64,000 bases of DNA, from contig CBDCWP010000040.1 of assembly GCA_965223505.1 (NCBI GenBank), positions 32,001-96,000 on the forward strand, written 5' to 3'. Each line of letters opens with the position of its first letter. Position 1 is the first letter of the stretch. This document shows positions 10,289 to 19,128 of the stretch, piece after piece. A program made the translations under genes and the position numbers. This stretch comes from Planctomycetota bacterium (lineage in GTDB: Bacteria > Planctomycetota > PLA2 > JAEUHO01). The notes under the pieces are model-generated. The model had not been told where the DNA came from and did not search any database. It was given only the letters and a program-made list of their open reading frames with translations.

Positions 10289-10302
10289 GGGCACGGACAC
10301 TT

Positions 10303-11481
10303 CTACTCCCAGGGATCGGTGGTCGTCGCGGCCGCCGTCTTGCGCGCGACGTTCACGATCAGCCCGACGCAGACCGACGCCATCAGCAGGTTGCTGCCGC
10401 CGACGCTGATGAACGGCAACGACACCCCCTTCGTCGGCACCGTCGCCGTCACCACCGCGATGTTCACCAACGCCTGGAACGTCACGATGAAGGTCGCGCC
10501 CGCCGCCAGGTAGAACGCGTGCGCGTTCAGCGACCGCGCATGCCACGCCACCCGACGGCCGTACCAGACCAGCAGCATGTACGCGATCACCACGCCGGCA
10601 CAGCCCAGGAACCCCAACTCCTCGCCGATGACGGCGAAGATGAAGTCCGTCTGCGACTCGGCCACGTAGTGGAGCTTCTGCGTGCCCTCGCCCAGCCCCG
10701 TGCCGAACCACTGGCCCGACCCGATCGCGACGAGCGACTCGCCGGTCTGGCTGCCGGCCTTCGGACCTTCCGCGAACGCGTCGATGCGCTTGCTCACGTG
10801 GCCGAAGCGGCGATACGCGTACACCACGATCAACGGCGTCACCATCAACGCGAACGGAACGAAGCGCGTCGGACGAACGCCCGCGAGGCCGAGCAGCACC
10901 ACCGCCTCGGCCACGATGAACAACGACGTCCCGAGATCCGGCGCCACGAGCACCAGCACCGCGCCGACGCCGACGGGTGCGAGGATCGCCAACAACGGCG
11001 TGCGCGTGCCGAATGCGTTCGCGCGCTCGCGGCTCGAGAGCTGGTCCGCCAGGAACAGCAGCGCGCCGATCTTCAGGAACTCGCTGGGTTGGATCGAGAA
11101 CGGCCCCACGAACAGCCAGCGCCGGCTCTGGTTGCGCAGCGGACCGAGGATGAGGGTCAGCAGCAGCAGCGCGATCGAGCCGTAGAGCACCGGCTTCGCC
11201 GCGCGGCGCAACCACGAGAGCGGCACGCATGAGACCGCCCAGCCCACGATCGCCGCGAGCACGACCCAGCGCACCTGGCGCACGAGGTTGCGGCTTGGAT
11301 CCACGATCGTCTTGCCGATGTCGGCGTCCACGTTGAACCCCGCCTGCTTCGCGGCGGTCGACGAGTAGACCATCACCAAACCGAGCGCGACCAGGCCGAC
11401 GGCGACGCCGAACACCATGCGGCCGGCGTGCAGGATCTGATGTCCCGTTCCGCGCGACAGGGGGAGGGGCTCGCCCGTCAT
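10303..11481 (-). CDS. ftsW: SEDS peptidoglycan glycosyltransferase FtsW
   Basis: 'GLVMVYSST', 'SRRWL..GPFSIQPSEFLK', 'PDLGT', 'ESQTDFIFAVIGEELG', 'PTKGVSLPFISVGGS'. Confidence 0.95.
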   Translation of the reverse strand: MTGEPLPLSRGTGHQILHAGRMVFGVAVGLVALGLVMVYSSTAAKQAGFNVDADIGKTIVDPSRNLVRQVRWVVLAAIVGWAVSCVPLSWLRRAAKPVLYGSIALLLLTLILGPLRNQSRRWLFVGPFSIQPSEFLKIGALLFLADQLSSRERANAFGTRTPLLAILAPVGVGAVLVLVAPDLGTSLFIVAEAVVLLGLAGVRPTRFVPFALMVTPLIVVYAYRRFGHVSKRIDAFAEGPKAGSQTGESLVAIGSGQWFGTGLGEGTQKLHYVAESQTDFIFAVIGEELGFLGCAGVVIAYMLLVWYGRRVAWHARSLNAHAFYLAAGATFIVTFQALVNIAVVTATVPTKGVSLPFISVGGSNLLMASVCVGLIVNVARKTAAATTTDPWE

Positions 11482-11485
11482 CCGA

Positions 11486-12931
11486 TCACCTCATCTTCAG
11501 CGACGCGAGCGCGACCAGGACGCAGATCACGCTGACGATCCAGAACCGCACGGTCACCTTGTTCTCGTGCAGCCCGAGCTGTTCGTAGTGATGGTGGAAC
11601 GGGGCGCACTTGAACCAGCGCTTGCCCGTCGGGTTGGCCTCGCCCCGCTTCGCCGCCGCGCGGCGGGTCGCCTTGAAGTACGTGCGCTGCCAGATCACCG
11701 ACAGCGCCTCGGCGACGAACAACCCGCCCGCGATCAGCAGCGTGAACTCGTGGCGCAGGGCCACCGCCATCACGCCCAGGATGCCCCCGATCGAGAGCGA
11801 TCCGGTGTCCCCCATGAAGACCTGCGCCGGATAGCTGTTGAACCACAGGAATCCCAGCGACCCGCCGACCAGCGCCGACGCGATGATGGCCAGCTCGCCT
11901 GCATCCTCCACGTAGAACAGGTACAGCGTCCGCGAGAAGTCCACGCGCCCGACCAGATACGCAACGGCCGCGAACGCGACCGCCACCGTCGCCGTCGTGC
12001 CGATCGCCAAGCCGTCCAGCCCGTCCGTCAGGTTGACGGCGTTGCTCGCGCCGACGATCACCAGGATCCCCAGTGGGATGAAGAGCAACCCGAGGTCGAA
12101 GCAGAACTTCTTGAAGAAGGGAATCTGCAGGTCGGCGCGGTGATGGTCGTTCGGATCCGGCCACGCGGCAGGGAGGCGCACCTCACGCCCCAGGTGCGGC
12201 GTGAACATCCGATACCGCGACTCTTCGGGCGCGGCGTGATCGGCGGCGTGCGCCGGCTCGCGCAGCGCCTCGGGCGTGGCGTCGGCGGGGGCGATGCCGT
12301 TGAGCAGCGCGATCTCGCGTGCGCGCTCCTCGTTGCCGAGGTACTTGCCGGCAATCGATCGCCACGACTCGCCGGGCTTGACCGGGTGGCGCTTGACCCA
12401 CTTGAGCTTGTAGGGGTTCTCCTTGAGGCTCGGGCCGCGCAGCCAGGGCGTGTCGTCCTTCGCGTTGCCGAGCGCGTAGAGCACCGTGATGGCCGTCATC
12501 GCGATCCCCAGCTGCGTGAAGAGCTTCTGCTTCTCACTGATGCCCTGTGCGCCCGGGTGCGCGAGCTTGCGCCAGTCGTCCCACGCACCGAGCGCGCCGA
12601 ACGCGAGGAAGGAGAGCAGGACGATCCAGGTGAGCGGGGTGTCCAACCGCGCGAAGAGGAACCCGGACAGGGCGACGCCGATGAGCAGGATGACGCCGCC
12701 CATCGTCGGTACGTCGGACTTCGCACTGCGCTTGGCGTCCACGTCGTCGCTGCCGGTCTTGCTGTAGCCGGCGATCTTGCGCTTGCGCAGGCTCTCGACG
12801 ATGCCGGGGCCCACCACCGTCGCGACGAGGAACGCGAGAATCGCGGCGAACGTCGCGCGGAAGGTGATGTACTGGATGAGCCGGAAGCCGGATACGAAGT
12901 CCTCGAGCGGGGCGAAGAGGTGGTAGAGCAT
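11486..12931 (-). CDS. mraY: Phospho-N-acetylmuramoyl-pentapeptide transferase with an inserted LysM-like domain
   Basis: 'YITFRA', 'PTMGG', 'GAWDDWRK', 'SNAVNLTDGLDGLA', 'PAQVFMGDTGSL', 'APFHHHYE'; 481 aa, about 100-120 aa longer than a typical MraY. Confidence 0.95.
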   Translation of the reverse strand: MLYHLFAPLEDFVSGFRLIQYITFRATFAAILAFLVATVVGPGIVESLRKRKIAGYSKTGSDDVDAKRSAKSDVPTMGGVILLIGVALSGFLFARLDTPLTWIVLLSFLAFGALGAWDDWRKLAHPGAQGISEKQKLFTQLGIAMTAITVLYALGNAKDDTPWLRGPSLKENPYKLKWVKRHPVKPGESWRSIAGKYLGNEERAREIALLNGIAPADATPEALREPAHAADHAAPEESRYRMFTPHLGREVRLPAAWPDPNDHHRADLQIPFFKKFCFDLGLLFIPLGILVIVGASNAVNLTDGLDGLAIGTTATVAVAFAAVAYLVGRVDFSRTLYLFYVEDAGELAIIASALVGGSLGFLWFNSYPAQVFMGDTGSLSIGGILGVMAVALRHEFTLLIAGGLFVAEALSVIWQRTYFKATRRAAAKRGEANPTGKRWFKCAPFHHHYEQLGLHENKVTVRFWIVSVICVLVALASLKMR

Positions 12932-13028
12932 CGACTCCGGAACTCTGGTTCGGATCTGTGAGGTACCGCGGCGGCGCACGGGGCGCCCCCACGATGCGGA
13001 ACTGTAAGACGTGCGGCCCCCACGCCGG

Positions 13029-14444
13029 CTACGTCCGAGGGCCCCCGAGGTAGGCGCCGCCCGCTGGGTCGGCCGCCCGCGCCATTTCACGGACGTGCTC
13101 GAGCAGCTGCTCGAGCGCCATGCCGCGCGAGGCCTTGAACATCCAGGCGTCGCCGGGCCGTGGGTCGAAGCCCGGGTCCCGGATCGCGTCCTCGAGGGTC
13201 TCGTGCCAGTGCACGCGATCCGCCGACATGCCGCGCCCCACGGCCTCCTCGACGACGATCCGCGCGCTCGGCCCGACGGCCCAGAGCACGTCGATGCCCT
13301 CGTGGGCGACCTTGCGGCCGAGCGAACGGTGGCAGCGCTCCGACTCCTCGCCGAGCTCGAGCATCTCGCCCAGCACGGCCACGCGCCGGCCCCCGCAGTC
13401 GCGCAGACGCAGCTCGCGAATCGCCTCGTCCATGCTGCGCGGGTTGGCGTTGTAGGCGTCGTTGATGAGCACGACGTCGCCGACCTGCTCGCGGCTCATG
13501 CGCATGGGCGGCGCGGCGTAGCGCGCGAGCGCCGCGCGGACCGCCATCGGATCCTGATCGAGCCACAGGGCGACGGCGACGGCGGCGAGCGCGTTGGCGA
13601 CGTTGTGCAGCCCGTACGCGGGGATCTCGAACGGCATGCGTCCGTACAGGTAGAAGCCGACGCCCTCGGGCGTGGCCTGCGCGTCGATGCCGTAGACGTC
13701 CGCGTCCTCCCACGTCCCGAACGTCACGACGTGCGACTCGACCTGCTCCATGATCTCGCGGCAGTAGTAGTTGTCGGCGTTGATGATCGCCGCACCGTCT
13801 TCGGGCAGTCCCTTCAGCAGGGCCGCCTTCTCCTTCATCACGCCGCGCACGGTGCCGAGGCCTTCGAGGTGCGCCTCCTCGACGTTTGTCAGCACGCCGA
13901 CCGTCGGCCGCGCGATGCCGGTGAGATACTCGATCTCGCCCGGCGCGTTCGTGCCGATCTCCACGACGCACGCGCGCGTCGTGCCGTCCATCTGCAGCAG
14001 CGTGAGCGGGACGCCGATGGCGTTGTTGTACGACGCCGGGCTCGCGACGACGTCCTCGCCGAGGATCAGCCGCACCATCTCCTTCACCGTGGTCTTGCCG
14101 CAGGATCCGGTGATGCCGATCACCGGCACGTCGAAGCGCGTCCGGTGCCAGCGCGCCAGGTCGCCGAGCGCCTTCGTCGTGTCATCGACGACGATCGTAT
14201 TGGCCGACCGGCGTCCGAACTCCGCGTCCTTCGCGACCAGACTGAATCCCGCGCCGTTGAGGAACGCCTCGTTGATGAACCGGTGCGCGTCGAAGCGCTT
14301 GCCGACGATCGGCACGAAGAGCGCCCCCGCAGGCACGTCGCGGCTGTCCGTCGTGACGGCGGTGATGACGGGATCACCGTCCACCGGGCCTGCGGGCTCT
14401 CCGCCCGTCGCGCGCAGGACTTCGCTGTATCGAATCGGTTCCAT
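13029..14444 (-). CDS. murF: UDP-MurNAc-tripeptide--D-Ala-D-Ala ligase
   Basis: 'ITGSCGKTTVKEM', 'YNNAIGVPLTL', 'INDAYNANPRSM', 'LGEMLELG', 'KASRGMALE'. Confidence 0.96.
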   Translation of the reverse strand: MEPIRYSEVLRATGGEPAGPVDGDPVITAVTTDSRDVPAGALFVPIVGKRFDAHRFINEAFLNGAGFSLVAKDAEFGRRSANTIVVDDTTKALGDLARWHRTRFDVPVIGITGSCGKTTVKEMVRLILGEDVVASPASYNNAIGVPLTLLQMDGTTRACVVEIGTNAPGEIEYLTGIARPTVGVLTNVEEAHLEGLGTVRGVMKEKAALLKGLPEDGAAIINADNYYCREIMEQVESHVVTFGTWEDADVYGIDAQATPEGVGFYLYGRMPFEIPAYGLHNVANALAAVAVALWLDQDPMAVRAALARYAAPPMRMSREQVGDVVLINDAYNANPRSMDEAIRELRLRDCGGRRVAVLGEMLELGEESERCHRSLGRKVAHEGIDVLWAVGPSARIVVEEAVGRGMSADRVHWHETLEDAIRDPGFDPRPGDAWMFKASRGMALEQLLEHVREMARAADPAGGAYLGGPRT

Positions 14445-14456
14445 GCTTCTACCTCA

Positions 14457-15983
14457 CTATGCCTGAGGGGCACCCCAGGAAGGGTCGCGCGCCGCGCGCT
14501 CGTCGAGCGCCGCCCGCACCTCTTTCACGTCGTCGAAAGGGACCTTCTCCGTCCCCAAAACCTGATACGTCTCGTGGCCCTTGCCGGCCACCAGCACGGT
14601 CGCGCCGGCCGGCGCTTCGAGCACCGCCCGGCGAATCGCCTCGCGCCGGTCCACGACGCGAAGCACACGTTCCTTCAGCCCGGACGGTGCGTCGTCGGCG
14701 CACAGCTCGGACGTCATCTGATCGAGAATCTGCTCCGGGTCCTCGGAGCGCGGGTTGTCGCTCGTGAAGTACGCGAGCGTGCACGCTTCGGCGGCGACGC
14801 GGCCCATGCGCGGACGCTTGAACGCGTCTCGGTCGCCGCCGCATCCGACCACGCAGATCAACGGATCGGCGCCGACGTCGGTCAGGAACGAGAGCACCTG
14901 GCGCAGCGCGTCCTCCGTGTGCGCGTAGTCGACGAACACGTACAGGTCGTCGCTCGCCACGCGCTCGAGCCTTCCGGGCACCCCCTCCAAGCTGCACGCG
15001 CCTTCGACGGCGTGAATCGGATCGATGCCGAGCGCCATGCAGCCGCCGACGGCGGCGAGCAGGTTCATCACGTTGTGCCTGCCGGTGAGCGGCGTCCGCA
15101 CGTCGACCTGACCGTCACCGGCGACGACGAGCCGGAACGACGTGCCGTCGAGGCCGAGCTGCACGTCGTCGGCTTGCAGGTCGGACTCGGTGCTCGTTCC
15201 GTAGGTGAGCACGGACCCGCGGCAGCGTGCAGCGAGGCGCGTCCAAGCGCCGTCTTCGCGGTTGAGCACCGCGACGCCCGAGGGAGGCAGCTCGGAGAAC
15301 AGCTTCGACTTCGCTTCGAAGTAGGCCTCCGGGGAGCCGTGGTAGTCGAGATGGTCGCTCGCCAGGTTCGTGAAGATCGCGACGCGGAACTCGAGTCCCT
15401 CCGTCCGCGCTTGATCGAGCGCGTGGCTCGACACCTCCATGACGGCCGCAGTGCAGCCGGCGTCGCGCGCGCGCGCGAGCAACCAGCGCAGCTCGAGCGC
15501 TCCGGGTGTCGTGTTGCCCGCGGGCACGGGGTCGCCGTCGCCGAGGTCGTGCGCGATCGTCCCTAGCAGCGCGGTCGCATGGCCGCAGGCGCGCAGCGCG
15601 GCCGCGGTCATGTGGGCCGACGTCGTCTTGCCCTTGGTGCCGGTGATCGCGATCAGGTCGAGCGCGTCCTGCGGTCGGCCGTACCAGGCGTCGGCTGCTG
15701 ACCGCAGCGCCCCGTCGACGTCGTCGACGAGCAACGTCGGGAGGCCGGGCAGCTCGCTGTCGCAGACGACGACCACGGCGCCGCGCTCGACGGCGTCGAT
15801 GGCGTACTGCGCGCCGTCCTCCAGGGTGCCGCGGCGCGCGAAGAACGCCTCCCCGGTCTGCACGTCGCGGGAGTCGTCGGCCAGTCCGCGCACCTGCGCG
15901 CCGGCTTGGACGTTCGCCAACACGCCCTGCACGATCTCGCGCAGCGCGCCGACGTTCCGGGGACGGTCCGCGACCACGTTCAC
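14457..15983 (-). CDS. murE: UDP-MurNAc-dipeptide--meso-diaminopimelate ligase
   Basis: 'ITGTKGKTT', 'MEVSSHAL', 'DHLDYH', 'VDYAHT', 'GCGGDRD..KRP.MG', mDAP-type 'SDNPRSE', 'AGKGHETYQ'. Confidence 0.95.
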   Translation of the reverse strand: MNVVADRPRNVGALREIVQGVLANVQAGAQVRGLADDSRDVQTGEAFFARRGTLEDGAQYAIDAVERGAVVVVCDSELPGLPTLLVDDVDGALRSAADAWYGRPQDALDLIAITGTKGKTTSAHMTAAALRACGHATALLGTIAHDLGDGDPVPAGNTTPGALELRWLLARARDAGCTAAVMEVSSHALDQARTEGLEFRVAIFTNLASDHLDYHGSPEAYFEAKSKLFSELPPSGVAVLNREDGAWTRLAARCRGSVLTYGTSTESDLQADDVQLGLDGTSFRLVVAGDGQVDVRTPLTGRHNVMNLLAAVGGCMALGIDPIHAVEGACSLEGVPGRLERVASDDLYVFVDYAHTEDALRQVLSFLTDVGADPLICVVGCGGDRDAFKRPRMGRVAAEACTLAYFTSDNPRSEDPEQILDQMTSELCADDAPSGLKERVLRVVDRREAIRRAVLEAPAGATVLVAGKGHETYQVLGTEKVPFDDVKEVRAALDERAARDPSWGAPQA

Positions 15984-17845
15984 CGCTCCTCCTTCAGTGG
16001 CTCTTCCGTGCTGAGGAACGCCGGGGACGCGAGCGTGGCCGTCGGCGCGATGCCGGCGTCGGACGGCGCCACGTTCCAGTACGCGAGCGTGCGCTCGATC
16101 ACCTCGCGCACGGACGCGGCCGCGACCTGGGCGCCGTACTTGCGGCGCTCGCGCTCCACCTTGCCCATGACGAGCACCACGACGCACGGGTCCTCGAACG
16201 GCGCGAACGCGGCGAGCGAGCAGATGTTGAAGTCGGCTCTCCCTTCGCGCTGTACGGCCGTGCCGGTCTTCGCCGCCGCCGCGTACCGCGCGCCGCGGAA
16301 CTGGTGGCGCGCCGTGCCCGCGAGCACGCACTGCCGCATGCCTTCGCGCACGACGGCGAGGTGCCTCGGATCGCACAGCCGCGGTCCCGTGCACGGACGG
16401 GGCTTTCGACGCAGGATCAACGTCGGCCGCACGACACGCGCGTCGTCGCGCGCGATCGCGGCGATGGAGCAGATGAGTTGCATCGGCGTGATCGCGAACG
16501 CGTTCCCGTACGCGGCGCGATGGGCCCACCACCACGGCCACTTGCCGTCCACGTCCGGCGCGAGTCGTCCCCCGCGCTCGTTCGGGAGGTCGATGCCGGT
16601 CGGATTCGTCAGGCCCAGGTGCAGCCAGAGGTCGCGCATGCCCTCGCGGCCGAGCCGGTGGGCGAGCTTCGCCGCGCCGGTGTTGCTGCTCTCCGCGATC
16701 AGCCGTACGACGGTGCCGCGGCCGATGAAGTGATCGTCGTGGATGTCGTGTGCCTCGCCTTCGAGCCGCGCGACAAGCGGCATGAAGATCTCCTCGTCCG
16801 CCTTGACGACACCGTGTTCCAGCGCCCACGCGACGGTGATCGGCTTGAAGACGCTGCCCACCTCGTAGCGCTCCTGGATCGCGAAGTTGAGCTTGGCCGG
16901 CTCGCGGTTGGGGTCGAACGTCGGACGGTTCGCCAACGCGAGCACCTCGCCGGTGCGCGGATCGAGCACGATGCCGCACAACTGCACGGGCGCCGTGTCG
17001 CCCACGACGCGGTCGAGCGCGGCTTCCATGAAGTGCTGGATGACGAGATCGATCGTCAGGCGCACGTCGCCGCCGCGCGTGCTCGACCGGTCCATGTCGC
17101 CGTTCGCGGCCATCAAGCGCCGGCGCCCGTCGCGAAACACCGGAATCGTCGCGCGCTTGCCGGAGAGGAAGCCGTTGTAGCGGCCCTCGATGCCGACACG
17201 ACCGGCGGAGACGTCGTACGGAACCTCGCCCACGACGTGCGCGGCGTAGGTCTCGTTGGGGTACGAGCGGATCTCCTCGCGCTCGACGCGGATCCCGAAC
17301 AGCCCGCGGCGGTGAAGCTGCGTGTCGGACAGCATGCTCACCACGTCGAGCCGGTCGATGAGCAGCGGGTCCTCGATGTGCTTTCGCAGGACCTTGTAGC
17401 GGCGAACGGGCTTGCCGTTCTTCGCGGCGACCGCTCGCTCGTGCTCGATGCGTTCGCGAATCTGCCACGGCGCAGGGTCGCCGCCGAGCACGGCGGACGC
17501 CTGGAGCGCGAAGACGCGTACGTCCTTGATGACGCTCGGATGCGGGTCGACCCACACCAACCGCGCGGGCCGGCTGTTGGCGAGCGGCCAGCCACCGCGG
17601 TCCAGAATGCTTCCGCGCCGTGCCTGGAACTCGAAATTCGACGTGTGCCGGCGGTCGGCCTGCTGCCGGTAGCCGTCGCCTTCGACGATCTGCAGCTTGG
17701 CAAGGCGGCCGAGCAGCAACGCGAAGAGCACCAGGAGCGTGCCGAACACGAAGTTCGTTCGGAACCGCCGGACGGCCTCCAGCGTGCGGCGCAGCTGCCA
17801 CGGCGGAACCGTGCGCGGGACGTGGGTGACGGCGCGGCGCTTCAT
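15980..17845 (-). CDS. ftsI: Class B penicillin-binding protein (FtsI/PBP3)
   Basis: N-terminal TM, 'RRGSILDR', intact SxxK (SVFK), SxN (SSN) and KTG motifs; position after ftsL. Confidence 0.92.
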   Translation of the reverse strand: MKRRAVTHVPRTVPPWQLRRTLEAVRRFRTNFVFGTLLVLFALLLGRLAKLQIVEGDGYRQQADRRHTSNFEFQARRGSILDRGGWPLANSRPARLVWVDPHPSVIKDVRVFALQASAVLGGDPAPWQIRERIEHERAVAAKNGKPVRRYKVLRKHIEDPLLIDRLDVVSMLSDTQLHRRGLFGIRVEREEIRSYPNETYAAHVVGEVPYDVSAGRVGIEGRYNGFLSGKRATIPVFRDGRRRLMAANGDMDRSSTRGGDVRLTIDLVIQHFMEAALDRVVGDTAPVQLCGIVLDPRTGEVLALANRPTFDPNREPAKLNFAIQERYEVGSVFKPITVAWALEHGVVKADEEIFMPLVARLEGEAHDIHDDHFIGRGTVVRLIAESSNTGAAKLAHRLGREGMRDLWLHLGLTNPTGIDLPNERGGRLAPDVDGKWPWWWAHRAAYGNAFAITPMQLICSIAAIARDDARVVRPTLILRRKPRPCTGPRLCDPRHLAVVREGMRQCVLAGTARHQFRGARYAAAAKTGTAVQREGRADFNICSLAAFAPFEDPCVVVLVMGKVERERRKYGAQVAAASVREVIERTLAYWNVAPSDAGIAPTATLASPAFLSTEEPLKEER

Positions 17846-18192
17846 CGATCGCCTCCCTCGTCACCGAGCACGCGGAACACGTGGCGGCCCTGGGGCGCGA
17901 AGTCGCGCGGCGCCTTGTCGTGCGGATCGATCGTCGGCATGAAGTTCGGGAACGGATCCGATGGATCGCAGACGTCGCACTCGCGATCCCACTCCTCGAG
18001 CAGGTAACGCGGCGTGAGCGTCGCCGCGATGTCGGCGTCGATCTCGCGCAGCTGGCGCTCCAACGAGTCGCGCCGACGTTCCACCTCCAGCACGCGATAC
18101 CGCAGACGGCAGACCTCGCTGTGCTCGCATACGGCAACGAGCGCGACCGCTACGACGGCCAGCAACACCGCGATGGTCGTTACGACGTTCAC
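17842..18192 (-). CDS. ftsL: FtsL-like bitopic coiled-coil protein
   Basis: TM helix then heptad coiled coil; lies between rsmH and ftsI with 4-nt overlaps at both ends. Confidence 0.6.
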   Translation of the reverse strand: MNVVTTIAVLLAVVAVALVAVCEHSEVCRLRYRVLEVERRRDSLERQLREIDADIAATLTPRYLLEEWDRECDVCDPSDPFPNFMPTIDPHDKAPRDFAPQGRHVFRVLGDEGGDR

Positions 18193-19112
18193 CGTTTTCC
18201 TTCGTCCTCATCCTTCGCGCGCTCGAACGCGCGCAGTCGCGCGGGGCGGGCCCGCGGATTGCGTTTCACCTCCGCTTCCGTCGGCCGGATTGGTTTCTTG
18301 GTCAGGATGGTCCCGAGGCGGTCGCGCTTCGCTTCGCGAAACGCCGCCTTGACCTCGCGCTCCTCACCGCTGTGGAAGCAGATGACGACGAGGCGCCCCC
18401 CCGGCGCCAACGCGCGCACCGCCGCGCGCAGCCCGCGCCGCAGGTGCGCGATCTCCTCGTTCACCGCCATGCGCAACCCCTGCAGGCTGCGCGTGGCCGC
18501 GTCGATGCGCCGAACACGCAGCGCCGCGGAGCGAATGACGTCGGCGAGCTGCCCCGCCGAGCGGATGGGACGCGCCCGCACGATCGCGCGCGCGACGGCG
18601 CGCGCACGCGGCTCCTCGCCGAGCTCGTGCAAGATGTCGGCGAGCTCACGCTCCGACGCGTGGTTCACCAGATCGCTTGCCGAGCGCGACGCGTCCGTTG
18701 GATCGAAGCGCATGTCGGGCACCGCGTCCTCGAATCGAAACGAGAACCCGCGGCTCTCGTCGTCGAGCTGCATCGACGACAACCCGAGATCGAGCAGCAC
18801 CCCCACTGCGCTGTCGATCCCCATCGACTCGAGCACGGACGCAAGGTCCGCGTACGACTGATGGGCGAGCGTCGCGCGCGCTCCGAACGGCTCGAGCGTT
18901 CGCTTCGCGATGTCGAGCGCTTGCGGGTCGCGGTCGAGCCCGAGCAGCGTCACGCCCGGCGCGGCCTCGAGGATCGCGGTCGCATGACCGCCCGCCCCGA
19001 CCGTGCCGTCGACCACGAGGCCCCCGGCGGTCGCCGCGTTCCCGGCGAAGAGATGCAGGAGCACCTCCTCGACCAATACCGGCTGATGGAACTGGAAAAG
19101 ATCGTCCGTCAC
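18189..19112 (-). CDS. rsmH: 16S rRNA m4C1402 methyltransferase
   Basis: 'HQPVLVEEV', 'DGTVGAGGH', 'LDLGLSSMQLD...RGFSF', 'DMRFD', 'FHSGEE', 'NPRARPARLR'. Confidence 0.97.
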   Translation of the reverse strand: MTDDLFQFHQPVLVEEVLLHLFAGNAATAGGLVVDGTVGAGGHATAILEAAPGVTLLGLDRDPQALDIAKRTLEPFGARATLAHQSYADLASVLESMGIDSAVGVLLDLGLSSMQLDDESRGFSFRFEDAVPDMRFDPTDASRSASDLVNHASERELADILHELGEEPRARAVARAIVRARPIRSAGQLADVIRSAALRVRRIDAATRSLQGLRMAVNEEIAHLRRGLRAAVRALAPGGRLVVICFHSGEEREVKAAFREAKRDRLGTILTKKPIRPTEAEVKRNPRARPARLRAFERAKDEDEGKR

Positions 19113-19128
19113 CGGGCCTGCGCCCGGC

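Noticed and set aside
14457..18137. Apparent 1226-aa MurE fusion (and the similar extended ORFs 46882-49584 and 52345-55617)
   Set aside because: The N-terminal extensions are off-frame read-through over real upstream genes; internal starts with 4-nt overlaps or Shine-Dalgarno sequences explain them.
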